Of a stretch of DNA of 64,000 nt, positions 59,698-64,000 are shown in pieces. The notes beneath the pieces were generated by a model. It saw only the letters and a program-made list of their open reading frames with translations, had not been told where the DNA came from and searched no databases. This DNA comes from Alphaproteobacteria bacterium (lineage in GTDB: Bacteria; Pseudomonadota; Alphaproteobacteria; Bin95). The translations under genes and the position numbers were made by a program. The DNA is taken from NCBI GenBank assembly GCA_964291285.2, contig OZ219785.1:64001-128000 (forward strand), read 5' to 3'. Each line of letters opens with the position of its first letter. Positions within the stretch are counted from its first letter, which is position 1.

Positions 59698-61005
59698 TCA
59701 GGCCGGCCGGCTGCGGGCCGCCTTCGCGTCCTGCCGGCGGAAGCGCAGCAGCATGGCGCGGGCGACTGGCACGGCGAGGCGGTTCGACGGCACGGGATGC
59801 GGCCGGCGCAGCGCCGCCGGCACGGGGTCGTCGGCCTGCAGCCCCTCGAGGCAGCGCCCGGCCAGCAGGCGCCCCATCGCCGTTGCCAGCGCAACCCCGC
59901 GCCCGTTGTAGCCGAGCGCCGTCCAGACGCCGGGCCCGAGCTCCATGGCGCGCGGCAGGCGGTCCACGGTCATCGCGACCTTGCCGTCCCAGACGAATTC
60001 GAATTCGGCCTCGCCGAGCTCCGGGAAGGCGGCCTGCAGGCGCCGCCGCGCCACGGTCTCGGCGCGGCCGCGCGCGCGCCAGGGCAGCACGATGTCGCCG
60101 CCCATCACCATGCGGCCCTCCCGGTCCCAGCGGAAGGCCCAGAGCAGCGTGCGGCTGTCCGAGACGCTGCGGTCGCCGGGCAGGATCTGCCGGCGGACAT
60201 TGCCGCCCTGAGGGGCCGTGGCGGCAAGGAAGAGCCGGAACGGCACGACCGCGCGCCTCAGTCCCGGCCAGAGCCCGCCGGTATAGCCGTTGGTCGCCAG
60301 CACGGCCTGGTCGGCCGTCACCGCGCCTCCCGGCGTCTCCACGCGCCAGCGCCCCCCGGACCGCGCCAGCGCCGTCGCCGGGGAGCCGGCATGGATCGCC
60401 GCGCCGGCGTCGATGGCCGCCTTCGCCAGGCCGCGCGCATAGGCGAGCGGCTGGATGTTGCCGCCCCAGGCGTGATGCAGCGCGCCCTGCCAGTAGCGGC
60501 TGCCGGTCATGGCCTCGGTCTCGTCCCGCTCCAGGTAGCGGACCGGCATGCCGCGCGCGGCCCAGGCCTCGGCGCGGGCGCGCACCATGCCGTCGCGGGC
60601 CGGGCTGTCCACCGGCAGCAGCCAGCCGACCGGCCGGGCGTCGCAGTCGATGCCGAGGCGGTCGATCAACTCGAAGACCAGCTTCGCCGACTCCGCGGTG
60701 AAGCGGTTGAACCGCTCGCCCTCTTCCGGGCCGAAGCGCGCGACCGTCTCCTCCGGCCCGTAGCGCGAGAGCATCGGCACCACCTGGCCGTGATTGCGCC
60801 CCGACGCGCCGAAGCCCGGCTCCTCGGCCTCCAGCAGCACCACGCGCGCCCCCGCCTCCGCCAGGTGCAAGGCTGTCGAAAGCCCGGTGAAGCCGCCGCC
60901 GACGACGCAGACATCCGCCTCATGCCCGCCTTCGAGCGCGGGCGCCGGCGGCGCCGGCGGGGCCGTCGCCTGCCAGAGGACGGAGGCGGGATCGGAGGTT
61001 TTCAT
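59698..61005 (-). CDS. FAD-dependent oxidoreductase (DadA/PuuB-like)
   Basis: VVGGGFTGLSTA, GASGRNHG, GYNGRGVA. Confidence 0.9.
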   Translation of the reverse strand: MKTSDPASVLWQATAPPAPPAPALEGGHEADVCVVGGGFTGLSTALHLAEAGARVVLLEAEEPGFGASGRNHGQVVPMLSRYGPEETVARFGPEEGERFNRFTAESAKLVFELIDRLGIDCDARPVGWLLPVDSPARDGMVRARAEAWAARGMPVRYLERDETEAMTGSRYWQGALHHAWGGNIQPLAYARGLAKAAIDAGAAIHAGSPATALARSGGRWRVETPGGAVTADQAVLATNGYTGGLWPGLRRAVVPFRLFLAATAPQGGNVRRQILPGDRSVSDSRTLLWAFRWDREGRMVMGGDIVLPWRARGRAETVARRRLQAAFPELGEAEFEFVWDGKVAMTVDRLPRAMELGPGVWTALGYNGRGVALATAMGRLLAGRCLEGLQADDPVPAALRRPHPVPSNRLAVPVARAMLLRFRRQDAKAARSRPA

Positions 61006-61019
61006 CGGTGCTGCGTCCT

Positions 61020-62024
61020 TCAGGGGCGGGGGCCGGCCGCGAGAGCGCGCGGCAGCGCTTCCTCGGCGAAGAGGCGCATGGACCGCTCGACGGCTTCGGG
61101 CCCGAGGCCGCCGAAATTATGCAGGGTCAGCACATGGCCGAGGCCCCAGCCGGCGAGCAGGCGCAGTTTCTCCGCCACGGTCTCCACCGAGCCCATGAGC
61201 GAGAGGCCGGACGCCATGATGTCGTCCCAGACCTGCCGGCGGGCATAGAGCCGGGTCGCGACGTAGAGCTCGAAGGCTTCGGCCGCCATCTCGCGGGCCT
61301 CCTCGTCGGTCTCCGCGACGAAGGTGTGGAAGGCGAAGGCCGCGGCGTCCCCGGCCCCGTCCAGCCCCGCCTCCGCGCGGCCCCCGGCGAAGGACCGGAA
61401 CAGGGTTTCGACATCCTCCATGCCGGCGACGGAGGCGTAGGGCACGCAGAAGATCGAGTTGCCGGCCCTGCCGACATGCCAGGCCGCCTCGGGGCGCAGC
61501 ACGGCCACATGGATCGGCACCGGGCGCTGCACCGGCGCGACATTCAGCGTCACGCCCTCCACCTTGTGGTAGCGCCCGTCGAACGTGACCGGCCCGCCGG
61601 AGAGCGCCAGCCGCAGCACTTCCAGCGCCTCGTCGAAGCGCTCGCGCTTCTCTTCCGGGGAGACGCCGAAGCCCTCGAACTCGTGCGCGAGATAGCCGGA
61701 GCCCACGCCCAGCACCAGCCGCCCGCCGGAGAGCATGTCCACCATGGCGTAGCTCTCCGCCACGGTGAGCGGGTTGCGGAAGGGCAGCACCGAGATCGCC
61801 GTGCCGAGCCGGATGCGGGAGGTCCGGGCGGCCATGGCGGTCAGCAGCACGGCCGGGTCCGGCACGGCGCCGTATTCATGGAAATGGTGCTCGGCGGTGA
61901 AGAACGCCTCATAGCCGAGCCGTTCCGCGAGCACGCACTGGCCGATGACCTCGTCATAGAGGCCGGCGACCGGGCGCGGGCGGTCCGGGTAGTGGTCGCC
62001 TATGGAGAGGATCGAGAAACGCAT
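61020..62024 (-). CDS. Luciferase-like (LLM) flavin-dependent oxidoreductase
   Basis: AERLGYEAFFTAEHHF, RIRLGTA, DMLSGGRL.LGVG.GY. Confidence 0.9.
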   Translation of the reverse strand: MRFSILSIGDHYPDRPRPVAGLYDEVIGQCVLAERLGYEAFFTAEHHFHEYGAVPDPAVLLTAMAARTSRIRLGTAISVLPFRNPLTVAESYAMVDMLSGGRLVLGVGSGYLAHEFEGFGVSPEEKRERFDEALEVLRLALSGGPVTFDGRYHKVEGVTLNVAPVQRPVPIHVAVLRPEAAWHVGRAGNSIFCVPYASVAGMEDVETLFRSFAGGRAEAGLDGAGDAAAFAFHTFVAETDEEAREMAAEAFELYVATRLYARRQVWDDIMASGLSLMGSVETVAEKLRLLAGWGLGHVLTLHNFGGLGPEAVERSMRLFAEEALPRALAAGPRP

Positions 62025-62593
62025 GGGGCGCGATTATAGGCAGCCCATGCGGCGCCGTCGTCAACATCCGCCAGCCGGTCGGCGAGCGCGGCCGGGAAGG
62101 GAAGCTGCGCCAGCGCGTCGGCAAGCGTCTCCGGGTGCGACCAGCGCACGGGGCCGGCGAAGAGCCGCGTGCGCTGCCTCGCGCCCACCAGCCAGAAGCC
62201 GCCGTCCTCCGCCGGGCCGAACACCGCCCGCGCCGCGCGGAGCCGGCGGAAGGCGCGCGCGACATGGCGCGGCCGGAGGCCCGGAATGTCGCTGCCGACC
62301 AGCAAGGCGGGCATCGGCGCGCGGGCGAGCGCCCGGTCCATGCGCCGGCCGAGATCGCCCCGGCCCTGCCCGATGCGCCGGAGCCGGCGGGGCCAGGGGC
62401 CGCGCGCCCCGTCCGGCGTCACCGCCAGCACGACCCGCCAGCGCCGGTCCGCCGCCAGCCGGCGCAGCGCGTCGGCCGCCATGCGCCGGTAGAAGGCGGT
62501 GGCGCGCGCCGGCCCGATATCGGCCCCGAGCCGGGTCTTGACCGCGCCGAGCCTGGCCTCGCGCAGCATCACCACCACCGTGCCGCGCCGCAT
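62000..62593 (-). CDS. TIGR04282/DUF2064-family glycosyltransferase-like protein
   Basis: GAVKTRL, QGRGDLGRRM, VGSDIP, FGPAEDGGFWLVG, LADVDD. Confidence 0.85.
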   Translation of the reverse strand: MRRGTVVVMLREARLGAVKTRLGADIGPARATAFYRRMAADALRRLAADRRWRVVLAVTPDGARGPWPRRLRRIGQGRGDLGRRMDRALARAPMPALLVGSDIPGLRPRHVARAFRRLRAARAVFGPAEDGGFWLVGARQRTRLFAGPVRWSHPETLADALAQLPFPAALADRLADVDDGAAWAAYNRAPCVSRSSP

Positions 62594-62657
62594 GCCGCAG
62601 GACCTCATGCCGGGGTGCCCGGAGCGGGAGCTGCGTCCGGCGGCGGCGCGTTTCGCT

Positions 62658-62776
62658 CCCCCTCCGTCATGCCCGAACGGCCCCCCTCCGTCATGCCCGG
62701 ACTTGTTCCGGGCATCTCCTGCCACCGCTTCCGCCGCACGGCCGCATGGATGCCCGGAACAAGTCCGGGCATGACG
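62658..62776. repeat. REP-like palindromic element with partial tandem duplication
   Basis: CGTCATGCCCGGACTTGTTCCGGGCATC ... GATGCCCGGAACAAGTCCGGGCATGACG; CCCCCTCCGTCATGCCCG occurs twice. Confidence 0.8.
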
Positions 62777-62807
62777 AGAAGAAGGTTCCGGCCGGCGACC
62801 GCCCGTG

Positions 62808-63461
62808 TCATTCGTAGAGCCTCAGGATGCGCTCCGGCGCCATGCCCGCGAAGTAGAGCGAGAGGCAGGCGAGATTGCGCAACGGCCGGCGCCAGTAGCC
62901 GTCACGGCGGTAGCGGGCGGCGGAGGTGGTGATTTCGGCGTCGAGTTCCGCGAGGCGGCGCCGGCCGATGCGCCGGACAAGGTCCACATCCTCCATCAGC
63001 GGCATGTCGCGATAGCCGCCGACCGCGTCGTAGAGCGCGCGCGGCAGCACGAGGCCCTGGTCGCCATAGGGCAGGGCGAGGCGCCGGGCGCGCCAGTTCG
63101 CCAGCCGCTCGACGCGCCGCGCCGCCGGGGCGGGGTCGTCGAGGCGGAAGCGGAACCAGCCGGCCCGCCCGTCCTCCGGCAGCGCGTCCGGCCAGCCCGG
63201 CCCGAGGCGGGAATCGGCATGGAGCACCAGCAGCCCGGGCGCGCTCGTGGCCGCCGCGCCGGCGCGAAGCTGGCTGCCCCGCCCCCGCGGCGCCTCGACC
63301 ACGCGCGCCCCGCCCGCCTCGGCAACGGCCCGCGTGCCGTCGGTCGAGCCGCCGTCCGCAACCACGATCTCCGCGATCCGCTCCCGCCCCGGCGCCAGCG
63401 ACTCCAGCGCCCGGGGCAGCCCGGCGGCGGCGTTCAGGGTCGGGATCACCACTGCAAGCAC
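62808..63461 (-). CDS. TIGR04283-family GT2 glycosyltransferase
   Basis: VVIPTLNAA, DGGSTDGT, GRGSQLRAG, LHAD, PYGDQGL, PLMEDV, TSAARY. Confidence 0.9.
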   Translation of the reverse strand: MLAVVIPTLNAAAGLPRALESLAPGRERIAEIVVADGGSTDGTRAVAEAGGARVVEAPRGRGSQLRAGAAATSAPGLLVLHADSRLGPGWPDALPEDGRAGWFRFRLDDPAPAARRVERLANWRARRLALPYGDQGLVLPRALYDAVGGYRDMPLMEDVDLVRRIGRRRLAELDAEITTSAARYRRDGYWRRPLRNLACLSLYFAGMAPERILRLYE

Positions 63462-63649
63462 CGCCCCGCCTCCCCTGCCGTTGCCCCCGCCCGCCGCATC
63501 GGGGCGGCCCTTGAAACCGGGCGGGACGAATGCCGGTTTTCAATTGCGCGGCCGGGCGGTCCCCGGCCGGGCAGCCTTCGGGTCCGGGAGGGAACATCGG
63601 GCTCCCTCCGGCGGCGCAGCATTCCCCGTTTTCGTTGAAACGAACGCCG

Positions 63650-64000
63650 TCACCCGGCCGGCGCGGGCCGCGGGGCCGTTCGCTCGATCAGCGCCTTCAA
63701 CGCCGCCATGGACTCCTCATGGCGGTGCGCGGTGTCGGCCGCCTGCCGCGCCAGCGCTTTCATCGCCTCCTCATGGCGATGCGTGGAGGCGGCCTCCTCC
63801 CGCGCCAGCGCTTTCATGGCCTCCTCATGGCGGCGCTCGTCCGCCTCGAACCGCTTGCGCGCATCCTCCTGCGCCGCGTCCCGGTCCGCCTTGCGCGCCG
63901 CCGACGAGCGGTCCATCGCGCGGATGCCGATCCAGATCACCGCGATCTGCCCGGTGCCGATAAACAGGCCGACCGCAACCAGAGACATGGTCGCCAGCGC
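63650..64000 (-). CDS. Membrane-anchored repeat coiled-coil protein (may start beyond window)
   Basis: TM segment followed by three RHEE(A/S)M(K/A)AL repeats. Confidence 0.6.
   Translation of the reverse strand, partial: ALATMSLVAVGLFIGTGQIAVIWIGIRAMDRSSAARKADRDAAQEDARKRFEADERRHEEAMKALAREEAASTHRHEEAMKALARQAADTAHRHEESMAALKALIERTAPRPAPAG

Overview
High-GC window from an alphaproteobacterium (inferred from the ffh-rpsP-rimM-trmD-rplS-leuC-leuD order, the REP-type palindromes and the promoter style). About 1-38.5 kb is a decaying mobile/defence region. It holds a nonsense-inactivated tyrosine integrase, two HEPN-like orphan genes, and the distal half of an F-type conjugation module (trbI-trhF-traW-ssb-traU-trbC-traN-traF-traH-traG, traD, MOBF relaxase). 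That module is cut off by a group II intron whose two flanks come from unrelated genes. The region also has an ABC/cNMP/methyltransferase cluster, two inverted IS5 copies, an IS1182-like element, an AbiF/Abi_2 HEPN gene with an upstream RNA hairpin, TA remnants, and an unusual IS66-DUF4338 element with 132-bp terminal inverted repeats. 39-64 kb is mostly core and metabolic genes plus tRNA-Pro(GGG). Two lower-GC defence-like inserts sit among them: a PLD nuclease after leuD, and a helicase-PLD (Mokosh type II-like) gene split by IS1634 plus a MITE. No CRISPR array was seen. All family assignments come from recalled motifs, not database searches.
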